A program made the position numbers and the translations under genes. The notes under the pieces were generated by a model. That model saw only the letters and a list, made by a program, of their open reading frames with translations. It ran no database searches and was not told where the DNA came from. DNA of 64,000 nucleotides. It comes from Calditrichia bacterium (GTDB lineage Bacteria; Calditrichota; Calditrichia; JAJRVZ01). This document shows positions 52,226-63,852 of this stretch, one piece after another. The stretch's first letter is position 1; every line of letters begins with the position of its first letter. The DNA lies in NCBI GenBank assembly GCA_963796965.1, contig CAWCNS010000008.1:320001-384000 (forward strand), written 5' to 3'.

Positions 52226-53359
52226 ATGAAACTATGTTTATTGATTATTTCAGGTGTAATTCTACTTAGCCTGATTTCCTGTGGCGGTGGAGAGACATCA
52301 CAGATGTCTGCTCCGGCCATCCCTGTTTATCAGGTCAAGGGATACGACATTCCGATTTATCATGAGTTTGTTGGACAGATATATGGCTATAAAGATATTG
52401 CCATTCGTGCCCGGGTCGAAGGTTTTTTAGAAGGTATCTATTTCCAGGAAGGATCGAATGTCCTAAAAGGTACTAAATTATATACGGTTGAAAGCCAGCC
52501 TTTTGAAGCCGATGTTGCGGCAAAGATGAGCCGGCTTGCTGAAGCCCAAACGATGCTGGCAAAAGCGCAAAGTGATTTAAACCGGATAAAACCATTGGCA
52601 GAACAGAATGCTGTCAGTCAGAGTGATCTAGATGGCGCAGTTGCCCAATACGAAGCCTCTGTTGCTTCAGTTGAAGCTGCTAAGGCTAATCTGCGGGCGG
52701 CAAGAATCAACTGAGTTATACGCAAATTTATTCCCCTATTTCCGGAATTATTGGCAGAACAAAAGCAAAAGTAGGTGATTTTGTTGGCCGTGAGCCAAAT
52801 CCGGTTATACTCAATGTGGTCTCCAGGATTGATACGATGCTCGTCCAATTTTTTATTACCGAAAGACAATACTGAAAATTGCCCGATTTGTGCAATCTGA
52901 GTCACGGATTCAGTAAGAAAGGGTATAGAGAAAGACCGGTTTAAACTAATTTTGGTGGATGGATCTGTCTATGAGCATCCTGGGAGAATTAGATTTCGTA
53001 GATCGAGAGGTGGATCCCACAACCGGAGCCATGTTGGTTCAAGCCTCTTTTCCCAATCCGGACGAACTATTGCGTCCCGGACAATTTGCCAAGGTGAAAG
53101 CCCGCATGGCTGTAATTCCTGATGGCATCATGATCCCGCAGAGATGTATCACAGAATTACAGGCAAGATACAGTGTCATGATTGTAAACGAAAAAACGCG
53201 GTTGAAATGAGAGAAGTCAAAGTGGGACCAAAAATCAGTGATTTTTGGGTAATTACAGAAGGGCTGGCCCCGGGAGAAAAAGTTATCTATGAGGGCTTAC
53301 AAAAAGTGAGAGAAGGTGGAAAGGTAAATCCAATATCGAAGATAAAACCAACTATCTAA
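52226..53359 (+). CDS. RND efflux periplasmic adaptor; several frameshifts
   Basis: Lipobox LISC, IRARVEGFL...FQEGS, FPNP...LRPGQF, GL..GE.VI.EGLQK. Confidence 0.88.
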
Positions 53360-53442
53360 GCCGGTATGCAGGTTACGATGATTGTACCTACGTTAGATAG
53401 GGTTTATAAAAGACAATTCATTATTATTACTAGTAAAATTAT

Positions 53443-56400
53443 ATGGGTAACTTTTTTGTAAATCGACCAATCGTAGCCATGGTCATTGCTATTATCATTG
53501 TTATTGTGGGTGCCGTATCGATGATCGGCCTGCCTATTGAACAATATCCGAACTTGACACCTCCGATCGTCCAGGTGAGGGCGACCTATACAGGTGCCAA
53601 TGCCATTAATGTAGAAGAATCCGTTGCCACGCCATTAGAGCAGCAGATCAATGGCGTTGATAATATGATCTATATGAAATCTACTAATGCCAATGATGGA
53701 ACGATGGTCATTGATATTTCTTTCAATGTTGGAACCGATCCGGATATGAACACGGTTTTGGCTCAAAATCGTGTTTCAGCAGCGACAGCTAAGTTACCTG
53801 AAGAAGTTAAAAAGTATGGTGTTACAACTGAAAAGTCCATGGCGAATTTTTTATTGGTACTTACCCTCACCTCCGATGGACGATATGATCAGGATTTTCT
53901 TGGTAATTATGCTCTGATAAACATCAAAGATCAGCTGGCCCGTATAAAAGGTATCGGCAGGGTGAGCGTTTTGGGTGCTGCCGATTATTCTATGCGCATC
54001 TGGATAAAACCGGACCGACTTTCCCAAATGGGTATTACCGTTCCCGAGATATTAAATGCGATTAACCAACAAAATATCTTGTTCCCGGGGGTAAATTTGG
54101 TGCTGAACCTTCCCCACCTGGTACCGAGTTCACCTATACAGTGCGTCTTCCTGAACGGTTTAGTTCTCCGGAAGCTTTTGGTGAAATCGTAGTCAGAACA
54201 TTAGAAGATGGTTCCCAGGTCAAATTGAAACATATCGCCTCGATTAATTTAGGTGTTGAAACTTATAATGCCTTTACCCGCTTTAATAAGGAAACATGTG
54301 CAATCATTGCCCTCTATCAGGCACCCGGTTCCAATGCCGTTGAACTCGCAGAAAATGTAATTCAGGAAATGGAAGTCCTGAAAAACAACTTCCCTGAGAG
54401 TGTTAAATATGATGTCGGCCTGGATTCGACAGCTCCCATCACGGCCGGTATTAAAGACATCATCGTCACCTTATTTATTGCCCTGATTTTAGTCATCCTG
54501 GTTGTATTTATTTTTATACAGGATTGGCGGGCTACATTTATTCCGACTTTAGCCATTCCCGTGTCATTAATTGGCGCATTTATGTTTTTTCCAATTCTTG
54601 GTTTCACCATTAATGTGCTCTCGTTGTTGGGATTGGTTTTAGCGATTGGAATTGTTGTTGATGATGCTATTGTTGTCGTAGAGGCCGTGCAGGTAAATAT
54701 TGCCAAGGGGATGAGTACAAAAGATGCCACTAATGATGCGATGAGCAAAGTAACCGCACCGGTTATTGCCACCACATTAGTCCTTATCGCTGTGTTTATC
54801 CCCGTGGCCGGTATGGCTGGTATTACCGGTTTACTCTACCAGCAATTTGCTATCACAATTGTAGTCTCAGTGATTGTTTCTTCCGTAAATGCCCTCACAC
54901 TAAGTCCTGCCTTATGTTCGATTTTACTAAAAAAACCAAAGCCTTATAAAGGTACTCTTAGGTAAAGGTTTTTGGGAAATTTGACCAGGGAATGGAAAAG
55001 GCAACCGATTCATATATGAGTTTTACAAATATTGTTTCCCGTAAATTAAAAAGAGGGGTGATTTTTTTAATACTGATGACTATCGGTGCTGTTATTTTTG
55101 GTAAGTTAGTACCAGGCGGATTTATCCCTGAAGAAGATATGTCCTATTTTTATGTTAATGTTCAATTGCCCGATGCCGCTTCATTACAAAGATCTGACGT
55201 AATTGCCAAAGAGGTCGAATCGATCATCTTGAGCCATCCTGAGGTTAAATATCTGACAAATGCCACAGGATTTAGTATGTTTACTGGCGCTTATTCCTCC
55301 AACAATGGCTTTTTCTTTGTGACCCTGGTTGATTGGGGAGAAAGAAGTAGTACGGCCAAAGAAGTGGTTCAAAAACTTAATTATGATCTGGCAACTAAAA
55401 TTAAGGGAGCCCGGGTTTTCGCTTTCGGCCCGCCAGCGATTCCAGGTCTGGGTAATGGTTCAGGATTTAGTATTATGATTCAGGATCGGGCAGGAAACAC
55501 ACCGACTTATTTGGCAGAAAATACCCAAAATTTTATCCGGGCGGCTAATGCCAGGCCAGAAATTGGTGCGGCATTCACAACCTTTCAGGCTTCGGTCCCT
55601 CAACGATTCATGAATATTGATAAAGAACGAGCGCTTAAATTTGGTGTGTCTTTGAATGATCTCTATACCACCGTTGGTGCCTTTATGGGTGGGGCCTATG
55701 TTAACGATTTTACGCGTTTTGGCCGGCTTTATAAAACATATATTCAGGCTGAACCACAATATCGTGTAGACGAAAAACAAATAAATAATTTTTTTATAAA
55801 AGACAAAGATGGCAATATGGTTCCCTTGGCAACAATGGCCAGCATAACACCAATTTCAGGACCAGAATATACCAACAGATTTAATTTATTTAGATCTATC
55901 GAAGTTATCGGTGCTCCGGCAGATGGTTATACTTCGGCAGACGCAATGACGGCCCTGGAAGAGGTTGCTGATCAAGTACTGCCACCAGGCCTGTCCTATG
56001 CCTGGAACGCCATGTCCTTTCAGGAGAAAAAAGCATCGGGTTCACTTGGTATTATATTGACCTTCTCGCTATTATTTGTATTTCTTATTCTATCAGCACA
56101 ATATGAAAGTTGGTCTCTTCCATTTAGTATTTTATTAGGCACACCATTCGCGATTTTTGGTGCTTTATTTGCCTTATGGGCAGCCCGGTTGTTTAGTCCT
56201 ACATTTGAAAACAACATTTTTGCCCAGGTATCATTTGTAATGCTTATCGGAATGGCTGCCAAAAATGCCATATTGATTGTAGAGTTTGCCAACGAAGAAT
56301 TTAAAAAAGGGCTTACCCTTTTCGATGCAGCTATTGGGGCAGCAAAGTCAAGATTCAGACCGATTTTAATGACAGCCTTTTCATTTATCCTGGGTGTATT

Positions 56401-56581
56401 TCCATTGGTAATCGCCTCGGGTTCTGGAGCCGAGGCCAGACAGGTCATGGGAATGGCCCTATTAGGTGGTATGACCTTAGCAACTGTCCTGGGTGTTTTT
56501 CTTTATCCGATGTTGTTTATTTTAATTGGTAAGATTGCCAAATATGAAGAAAAAAGAGATTTACAATCAGAAATTAATTAG
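53443..56581 (+). CDS. RND (HAE1, AcrB/MexB-like) permease; two frameshifts
   Basis: FF..RPI.A.VI, LPIEQYP..PP, LAIGIVVDDAIVVVE, KNAILIVEFA, RFRPILMT. Confidence 0.93.
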
Positions 56582-56672
56582 ACAGTAATCTCCTTGTACA
56601 ATTACAGAAAGAATTAATAAAAATATATAAACAATAATTAATATTATTCCCAAATTAGGTCCTCTTTTAAAA

Positions 56673-58088
56673 ATGGTAATGACAAAAAATATAAGAAATT
56701 TAACAATATTCTTAATTTTATTATTAATCACCAGTTGTGCTGTCGGACCGGATTTTCAAAAACCAGAAGTTGAAGCACCAGTAGACTATGAGTATTCAAA
56801 AGTACTTCAGGTGGACTCTTCCTATGCCGACTCCCTTATCAATCTGCAATGGTGGAAATTATTTAATGATCCCCTGTTGGATACACTGGTTCATGTGGCT
56901 CTCCAAGATAATAAGAACATACTCATTGCTGCCAGCAGAATGGAACAAGCACGGGCATCACTTGGCTATGTCAAAGCCGATATTTATCCCAGATTAGATA
57001 TCGAAGCAGGTGCTTCCCGCGGGAAATATGGCCGGAAGCATGCAGTTAGAGAGTACTGTAAATCAATTTTATATTGCCCCGGTATTAAACTGGGAGATAG
57101 ATTTTTGGGGTAAATTTCGACGGGCAAATGAATCGGCCCGGGCTCAATTAGTCGCCTCACATTTTTCGTTTGCCACTGTCCAGATTGGCCTTATCTCTGA
57201 AGTCGTCAGTACATATTTTTTACTTCTTGACTTTTACCAGAGGTTGGAAATATCCAAACAAACTCTGGAATCACGCGAAAAGGGTCTCGATATTATTCAA
57301 AAGCGATACGATAAGGGGATTATCCCGGAGATTGATCTCAATCAGCTCAAATTCAGAAAGAAATTACTCTAACAGCTATACCTTCTTATCAACGAGCTAT
57401 TGTCCAGACAAAAAATGCATTAAGTATCCTACTCGGAAGGCTTCCTTACGATATTAAAGAAGGGGCCAAACTGAGAACGCATACCATCCCGCCGGATATC
57501 CCGGTTGGATTACCCTCATCCTTACTTTTACGCAGACCGGATATTGCAGAATCAGAATTCTTACTTAAAGCCCAGAATGCAAGAATCGGTGTTGCAACAG
57601 CAATGCTTTATCCATCTATCAACCTAACCGGTATTCTGGGTGTAGCCAGCGATGACTTGTCCACAATGAGCATCGGCAATCCGTCCTGGTCCATTACAGG
57701 CGGTTTATTTGGCCCGCTCTTTAATTTTAACAAAAATACCCTTCGGATTGAAATTGAAGAAGAGAAGACCAAACAAGCTTTATACACGTATGAATATACA
57801 GTTATCAATGCCTTCAGAGAAGTGGAAGACGCCCTGATTGAGGTAGAAACGTTCAGAGACCAATTAGAATCCGTAGACCGGAAATATAATGCGGCAAAGA
57901 ATGCAGAAAGGCTCTCAACAGAACGCTACGATAAAGGTGTAACAAGTGATCTGGAAGTTCTTGAGATGCAACGGACCTTGTTCAATGTCAGCCTGGAACT
58001 CTCTGAAATTGAACAACGTTATCTGAATGCCTATGTAAAACTTTATAAGGTTCTGGGTGGCGGATGGATTTTTGAGGAAAAAGAATAA
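56673..58088 (+). CDS. Outer-membrane efflux lipoprotein (NodT/OprM family); two frameshifts
   Basis: Lipobox TSCAVGP, WW..F.DP.L..L, WEIDFWG..RR, RRPDI, LYK.LGGGW. Confidence 0.92.
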
Positions 58089-58101
58089 TCCGTTAAGATT
58101 G

Positions 58102-58675
58102 ATGATGGAATTCGATGATATCATACAAAAACGCAAAGATGGTAATGCACGTTTTGTTTCTGATAATCTGGAAAATAAAGGACAGGATTCAAAACAGAGA
58201 GAACTATTAATCAGCGGACAATCCCCCCGGGCAATTATTCTTGGGTGTTCCGATAGCCGTGTGGTCCCGGAACTTATTTTTGATACTGGTTTAGGAGAAC
58301 TCTTTACCGTTCGCGTTGCCGGAAATATTGCGGATTCGGCTTCAATAGCGAGTATTGAATTTGCTGTTGCTCAATTAAATGTGGGTATCATCATTGTTTT
58401 AGGTCATGATGACTGTGGGGCAGTAACAGCAGCAATTGCCGGTGGTGATGCCGGCTACCACTTAAATCTCCTCATGGACCATATTTTACCTGCTATAGAA
58501 ATTCATGAAGGATAAGGATATAAACAGCATTATCAAAAAAAATGCAGAACTTTCTGCTCACGATTTAGCGAAAAGATCTTCTATCCTTTCTGAGGCGGTA
58601 ACAAAGGGTGAACTTAAAATCCTTCCCGCCTAATATCACCTCGATAGTGGAAAAGTCGAATTCATGAATACTTAA
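58102..58675 (+). CDS. Beta-class carbonic anhydrase; frameshift near 58512 and an in-frame TAA at 58631
   Basis: GN.RF, GQ.P, CSDSRV, GELF.VRVAGN, LGH..CGAV. Confidence 0.88.
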
Positions 58676-58766
58676 CCAATTCACCTATAATGCATCCTCT
58701 AGGAGGATGGAGATTTTTTTCAGCACGCATGTTATAATATATAACGGTCCACATGTTTTGAGAATT

Positions 58767-59228
58767 TTAATCATAAAATTCAAACAAATACTTATCATCA
58801 TATTTGATCCTGAATTTTTCTAGAAAATCTGTAAATTCCTCCTGGAAGGTTCTGTTCTGATGATGCTGCTGTTGTCTTTCAATATATTTCTTAACCTTTT
58901 CCATATGTGATTTTGAATAGGAAAAAGCGCCATATCCTCTTTGCCAATGAAATTTTCCCTTTATCCATTTATTATCATTAATGAATTTTGAAGATATTGA
59001 TTTTATTTCCTGGATCAATTTAGAGATTGAGTAGTTTGGATTTAAACTAATTAAAATATGAATATGGTCCGGTGTGTTATTTATTGCCACTAAGATTGAC
59101 TTTCTCTTTTCTACAATACCTCTAATATATTTTTGCAATTCCGCATTATGCTTTGATGGTAAAAAGTTTTCTCTTCCATTAACTGTAAATACGTATTGAA
59201 TATAAATTTGTGTATATGAATTTGCCAT
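58767..59228 (-). mobile_element. tnpA: IS200/IS605-family Y1 HUH transposase (TnpA/RAYT-like), no TnpB
   Basis: MANSYTQIYIQ.VF, DHIH (HUH), WQRGYGAFS, catalytic-Tyr helix YI..Q..HH. Confidence 0.9.
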
Positions 59229-59487
59229 GATATTATCCTGATATTGTATTAAGAAATATAAATTATATTGTTATTTGGACACCAATTAACTCAAATTGGA
59301 TTTTCAGATGGAACATGTCAGTTTAGGAACTTACAATTTTTATGCCAGATAACTCAATATTCAGATGGCTCCGTAAGTTGGTATGAGAATAGCGTGATAT
59401 AGGATATATTGGATATAAAATTTGGAAAAAATTCAATAAAAAATGATCTAAATACACACATCTGTTCTAATATGATTTTTCGTTTGG

Positions 59488-59827
59488 GTCTTCCCTATGG
59501 GACTAAATTTTTGATGATTGTTCCCAAAACCCCTACCGTCCGGGGCTACTATTGGGCCATGCCTAGGGCATTTGGATTAATCACTAAATCCATTGGCGTT
59601 TCCCTGTTTAATCTAACCTAATTGTCTAGCGGGTTACTCTGCGGATAAAATTTTATGATCGCTGGTTCCTATACCCAAGACTGCCATTCGGAACAAATAG
59701 ACAATATCTGCGGAGTTAGTTATGTCATCAAATACATGAATGCCATAGGCATGACCCAATAGTAGCCCTGGATGGAAATCCAGGGAAATTAGGCAATATA
59801 AAGAATCTGAAATCCCGTAGGGATGAC
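59488..59827. repeat. Inverted pair of compound GTAG REP units upstream of tnpA
   Basis: 59543-59572 vs 59739-59768 is a 28/30 inverted match. 59488-59504 vs 59811-59827 is 14/17. Contains GTAG-CCCTGGAT-GGAA-ATCCAGGG. A small hairpin CATCCTC-TAG-GAGGATG (58693-58709) lies on the other side of the gene. Confidence 0.8.
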
Positions 59828-59932
59828 CTAATTAATTCATCCATTAGTTAAATCACAATCTGGATCGTATCATTATTTTTGGCTCATTAGCATCCCGTAT
59901 CTCGTACCTTGAATCCCAGATCTCCAATCCCA

Positions 59933-62296
59933 TTACTGATTTGCTTTACCCCGAATCTCCTGCAAGAGCTGGGAATAGGAGGGATTGTCTGGTGATAGAT
60001 CAACTAATTGCCGACCATATTTTAAAGCTTTTCTCATATCCCCACGATCCCGGCATATCGTTGCCAAGCCATACAAGATATCTATGTTATTAGGATCTAA
60101 TTTATAGGCATCTTCTAAAATTTGTATTGCTTTATCATGGTTTCCGGTCTGTAATACGGCTAAGGCCCAATAATATTTTCTTTCTATATTATTCGGCTCA
60201 AGTTCAGCTGCTTTTTGAATAGCGGCTAAAGCCTCTCCCCTCTTTTTCAAACGCGTAAGTACAAGTCCATAAGAATGATAGAGATCCGCCGATCCAGAAT
60301 TTCTTCTAATCGCTTCACGAAGAAGTACTTCACCCTTAACATCCTGTTTTGTCTGACGATAGAGATCCGACAAATTAATATAGGTATACACATAAGCCGG
60401 TTCGAGGGCGATGGCCCGTTTATAGACTTCTTCCGCTTCTTTTAACTTTCCTTGTCGTGTATAAACAACACCAAGATTAACTAATGCTGAAGGACGGTCA
60501 GAATTAAATTTTTGAACCTGGATATATTCCTCTAAAGCCTCATTTAAAGAAGCACGGTCAAAAGCAGTCATTGATTGGAGAGGGACATCAGATAATATAT
60601 AGGCCGCCTGAATTCGAACTGATTTAACCGGATCCTGCAAAAGGTTTTTCGCTAACGTGAATTTTTCGTTTACATTGTAATTTTCCAACGCACTTATGGC
60701 AGCTAACCGTATTAATGGATCTTTATCATATAATTTTACCCCGATGGTTTCGTATGCCATTTGGCCTGGAAATCTTTGTAGTAAATTCAGAGCAGTCGCC
60801 TTAACCATATCTGGCTGTTCTTCATCTCTTATCAAGATAAGTAATACCGCGGCAGCACCGGTTTCCCCGGTCTGAGCGGCAAGAACAATTTCTCCGAAAT
60901 GCTCTCTTTCCAAAAACTTTTTCCCATACCACTTCACCATATAGTCGGTTGCCCAACGATTATTTTTATCCTTATGGCATTGGATACATGCGTTAGGTGT
61001 TCCTAATTTTTCGGATAAATCGGGACGTGGTATCCGGATACTGTGATCTCGTCGGGGGTCGACAACCATATAGGTTCTTTCCGGCATGTGGCAATCACGG
61101 CAACTACCTCCGGTACTATCCGGTTTATGAAAATGATGGGCCGGTACATCAAATTTTTGGGGTAAATGACAACGAAAACAAAGGGAATTATCATCGCTAA
61201 ACACTTTAGCACTATGAGGCTCATGGCAGTCGCTGCAGACAACCCCCTTTTCAAACATCTTACTTTGTAAAAATGAATGATAAACATAAACCTCTTCAAG
61301 TATTTGTCCATCCGGGAAGTAGAGGCGTTCATCTATAAAAGGCAGACGATGTGTATTTAAAATTGATTTGCCGTGAACAAAATCATCTGTCAATTGAGAT
61401 CTTCGTGAATGACAGAGTGCGCAGGTTTCGATCTGTGCGCGTGTACTTGAAGGTACGGTTCTCTCAGCTGTCCCTTTTTCCATATCTCTAAACACCCAGG
61501 TTCCGCCACTTAAATCCTTCAGGCGTACCTTTAAACCCATATTACCCTCAGCAGAGATCCTATTTTCCTTTTCCTGAATTTCGGCCCATTTTACATGTGC
61601 CCGACCAGGGCCATGGCACATTTCACAGGAAACATCAATTTCTGAGAAAGTTGTATGATAGGAATCCGTCTGATAGTCATAATTCTTTTTCACGTTTGTC
61701 GAATGACATTCCGCACACATATAATTCCATGTCTGATTCATCCTTGTCCAAAAAAGAATGTCATTCGGAGGAATCCGCTCATCCGGGTATATATGATACC
61801 AGCGTTGTCCCCCCTGCTCTTTTGGACGTGTATCCCAACATAATGGCAAAGTCTGTAGACGACCATCCGGAAATTTAACAAGATATTGTTGTAGAGGTCT
61901 TACCCCAAATGTGTAGGTTATTTTATAATCATGATTTTTTCCGTCCTCGCCTTCTGTATTTACATAATAGATATCATCTTCGATAAAGAAGCGTGAGGTT
62001 ACCCCATACCAGGTAAAAGTGGCATTTTCAAAGTCTCCTAATACGGTCGTATCGCTGGCAATCTGCATGGCAAGATCATGATCTGAATTCTTCCACAGGT
62101 TGTATTCTTTCTGGTGACAGGGTACACAGGCTTGCCTGCCAACATAATCGTTTGGGGTTGAACTGATAGTTGAGGTTACAGATTTAGATTCCGGATATGC
62201 GATAGGAGATTCCTTATCATCGTTTAATAGCATAAAAAAAATAATTATTAGAATGAGAGTTGCCAAAGAAATGTAGATTATATATCTTTTATTCAT
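59933..62296 (-). CDS. Octaheme cytochrome c with HEAT and TPR repeats
   Basis: N-terminal TM. Eight CxxCH (CVPCH, CAECH, CEMCH, CALCH, CSDCH, CFRCH, CRDCH, CIQCH), PLQQY, RRDHS, C-terminal TPRs. Confidence 0.9.
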   Translation of the reverse strand: MNKRYIIYISLATLILIIIFFMLLNDDKESPIAYPESKSVTSTISSTPNDYVGRQACVPCHQKEYNLWKNSDHDLAMQIASDTTVLGDFENATFTWYGVTSRFFIEDDIYYVNTEGEDGKNHDYKITYTFGVRPLQQYLVKFPDGRLQTLPLCWDTRPKEQGGQRWYHIYPDERIPPNDILFWTRMNQTWNYMCAECHSTNVKKNYDYQTDSYHTTFSEIDVSCEMCHGPGRAHVKWAEIQEKENRISAEGNMGLKVRLKDLSGGTWVFRDMEKGTAERTVPSSTRAQIETCALCHSRRSQLTDDFVHGKSILNTHRLPFIDERLYFPDGQILEEVYVYHSFLQSKMFEKGVVCSDCHEPHSAKVFSDDNSLCFRCHLPQKFDVPAHHFHKPDSTGGSCRDCHMPERTYMVVDPRRDHSIRIPRPDLSEKLGTPNACIQCHKDKNNRWATDYMVKWYGKKFLEREHFGEIVLAAQTGETGAAAVLLILIRDEEQPDMVKATALNLLQRFPGQMAYETIGVKLYDKDPLIRLAAISALENYNVNEKFTLAKNLLQDPVKSVRIQAAYILSDVPLQSMTAFDRASLNEALEEYIQVQKFNSDRPSALVNLGVVYTRQGKLKEAEEVYKRAIALEPAYVYTYINLSDLYRQTKQDVKGEVLLREAIRRNSGSADLYHSYGLVLTRLKKRGEALAAIQKAAELEPNNIERKYYWALAVLQTGNHDKAIQILEDAYKLDPNNIDILYGLATICRDRGDMRKALKYGRQLVDLSPDNPSYSQLLQEIRGKANQ

Positions 62297-62326
62297 AGGG
62301 GGCTTTAATCCTCGCTGTTGTAAGTA

Positions 62327-63082
62327 TTACCTCTTCAAAAAAACAAAGGCATGATCTTCAAAATCTGACAGATTCACAAATTGACCATAATTATTATAGA
62401 ACTTCTCTTCAAATCCCAGATCAGCCATCTTCTTCCGGAGGTCATCATCGGTAATACCCCACTGCCAGATATTATGAACATCTTTCCAGGGTTTTTGATA
62501 TTCCGGATGAATTTCATCTTTATGATTATAAATATAGTCATAAAAATCATCACTTCTCCTTGGTACTAGATTAATGTATTCGTCCAGAGGAAGATCTGTA
62601 AGCCTGATGGTTTTTTGAGAGGTACATATCTGCTGATTGAAAATAATGAAGCAATTCGTAATAGATGCGTATTTTTCCAATATTTTATCCCAATCAGGAT
62701 TAACCTGATGTAATAAAACGTCAAATAAAAAAACAATATCAAGTTTAGCAATTTTCTGTACAACTTCATCACCACTAAAATCATCTTTGATCATGGTCAG
62801 ATTTTGATATTTTCTAAGATGATTAGTTACTGATGGCGAAAAATTTGTATCGACAAGAAATGCCCTCTTAATATTATAGTTTTTTAAGGTATACCTGGTA
62901 TAGGCTGCATTGACACGCCATACGCCTCCCAAATCAGCGAATGACTCCGGGTTGTTTAATATTTTTTCAATTGTAAGGTCTATTAATCTAAATTTATTTC
63001 TATTCACATAAAGGTTATAACCTTGTAATAGATTGGGTGCATTGTAAATTATTTTTTTTAATACTCTTATGGATTCCATCAA
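62327..63082 (-). CDS. Class I SAM-dependent methyltransferase-like protein
   Basis: SFADLGG motif I-like, DIVFLFDVLLH. Confidence 0.65.
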   Translation of the reverse strand: MMESIRVLKKIIYNAPNLLQGYNLYVNRNKFRLIDLTIEKILNNPESFADLGGVWRVNAAYTRYTLKNYNIKRAFLVDTNFSPSVTNHLRKYQNLTMIKDDFSGDEVVQKIAKLDIVFLFDVLLHQVNPDWDKILEKYASITNCFIIFNQQICTSQKTIRLTDLPLDEYINLVPRRSDDFYDYIYNHKDEIHPEYQKPWKDVHNIWQWGITDDDLRKKMADLGFEEKFYNNYGQFVNLSDFEDHAFVFLKR

Positions 63083-63217
63083 TTAAGCTCATTCATTATT
63101 TTGATTACCTTCTGATACTAAGAGGAAATGTAAAAAAAAAGACGTATTAATCTTGAGAATTTTATATCTTGTGTATAATATCAGTAAATATATACCAGGA
63201 AAAAGGTGGGGAAAGTT

Positions 63218-63652
63218 ATGAAACGCCGCGATTTTCTAAATAAATTTACAGTTGGCACTGTTGCCGGGGCCAGTATTATTACAGCTGCTGCAACCATTGG
63301 AGAAATTCTTCCACCGCCAACCGCCTCATACAATAAAATTAAATTGGGTCTAATGGATGATTTTCCGCTGAATGACTTTACCTTTATACCAAAAAAAAAG
63401 ATTTATATCTATAGAACCAGACAATATATAAGAGCTATTTCAGGTGTTTGCACACATCTTGGCTGCACTATCAATAAATCAGAGAAAGGTTTTAAATGTC
63501 CTTGCCATGGTTCACATTTTGATAAATTAGGTACGCCCTATTCCGGACCGGCCTCCAGGCCATTAGATCGTTATAAAGTTTCACTAGATAATCGGGGCCA
63601 GATAACTGTAAACCTTGGACAGACGGTCGACACGGATTTAGAGATAGGTTAG
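63218..63652 (+). CDS. Rieske [2Fe-2S] subunit of a Rieske/cytochrome b complex
   Basis: Tat motif KRRDFL, CTHLGC and CPCHGS, SGPA.RPL. Confidence 0.92.
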   Translation: MKRRDFLNKFTVGTVAGASIITAAATIGEILPPPTASYNKIKLGLMDDFPLNDFTFIPKKKIYIYRTRQYIRAISGVCTHLGCTINKSEKGFKCPCHGSHFDKLGTPYSGPASRPLDRYKVSLDNRGQITVNLGQTVDTDLEIG

Positions 63653-63664
63653 CATAGACGTTTG

Positions 63665-63840
63665 TCCACGAATTACACGAATTATGACAAATTTCACTAA
63701 TTAGATTAGCCTGATAATTTATTCCAGAGGCACGAAAAAAGATTAAGGATGTAAGATTAAAGATTAAAACCAGGTATTATTCTCAAGCATGATTATACTG
63801 AGATCTTATTTCTTTCATCTTCAATCTTTGATCTTATATT
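63665..63840. repeat. CACGAATTA repeats plus an AAGATTA-periodic inverted element between the Rieske and cytochrome b genes
   Basis: CCACGAATTACACGAATTA; AAGATTAAGGATGTAAGATTAAAGATT ... ATCTTCAATCTTTGATCTT. Confidence 0.55.
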
Positions 63841-63852
63841 ATCCGCGTTTTA

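Noticed and set aside
45090..58675. Programmed frameshifting or stop-codon recoding (e.g. TAA at 58631)
   Set aside because: The shifts are numerous, lie in unrelated genes and show no common slippery motif. TAA, TAG and TGA all end intact genes normally.
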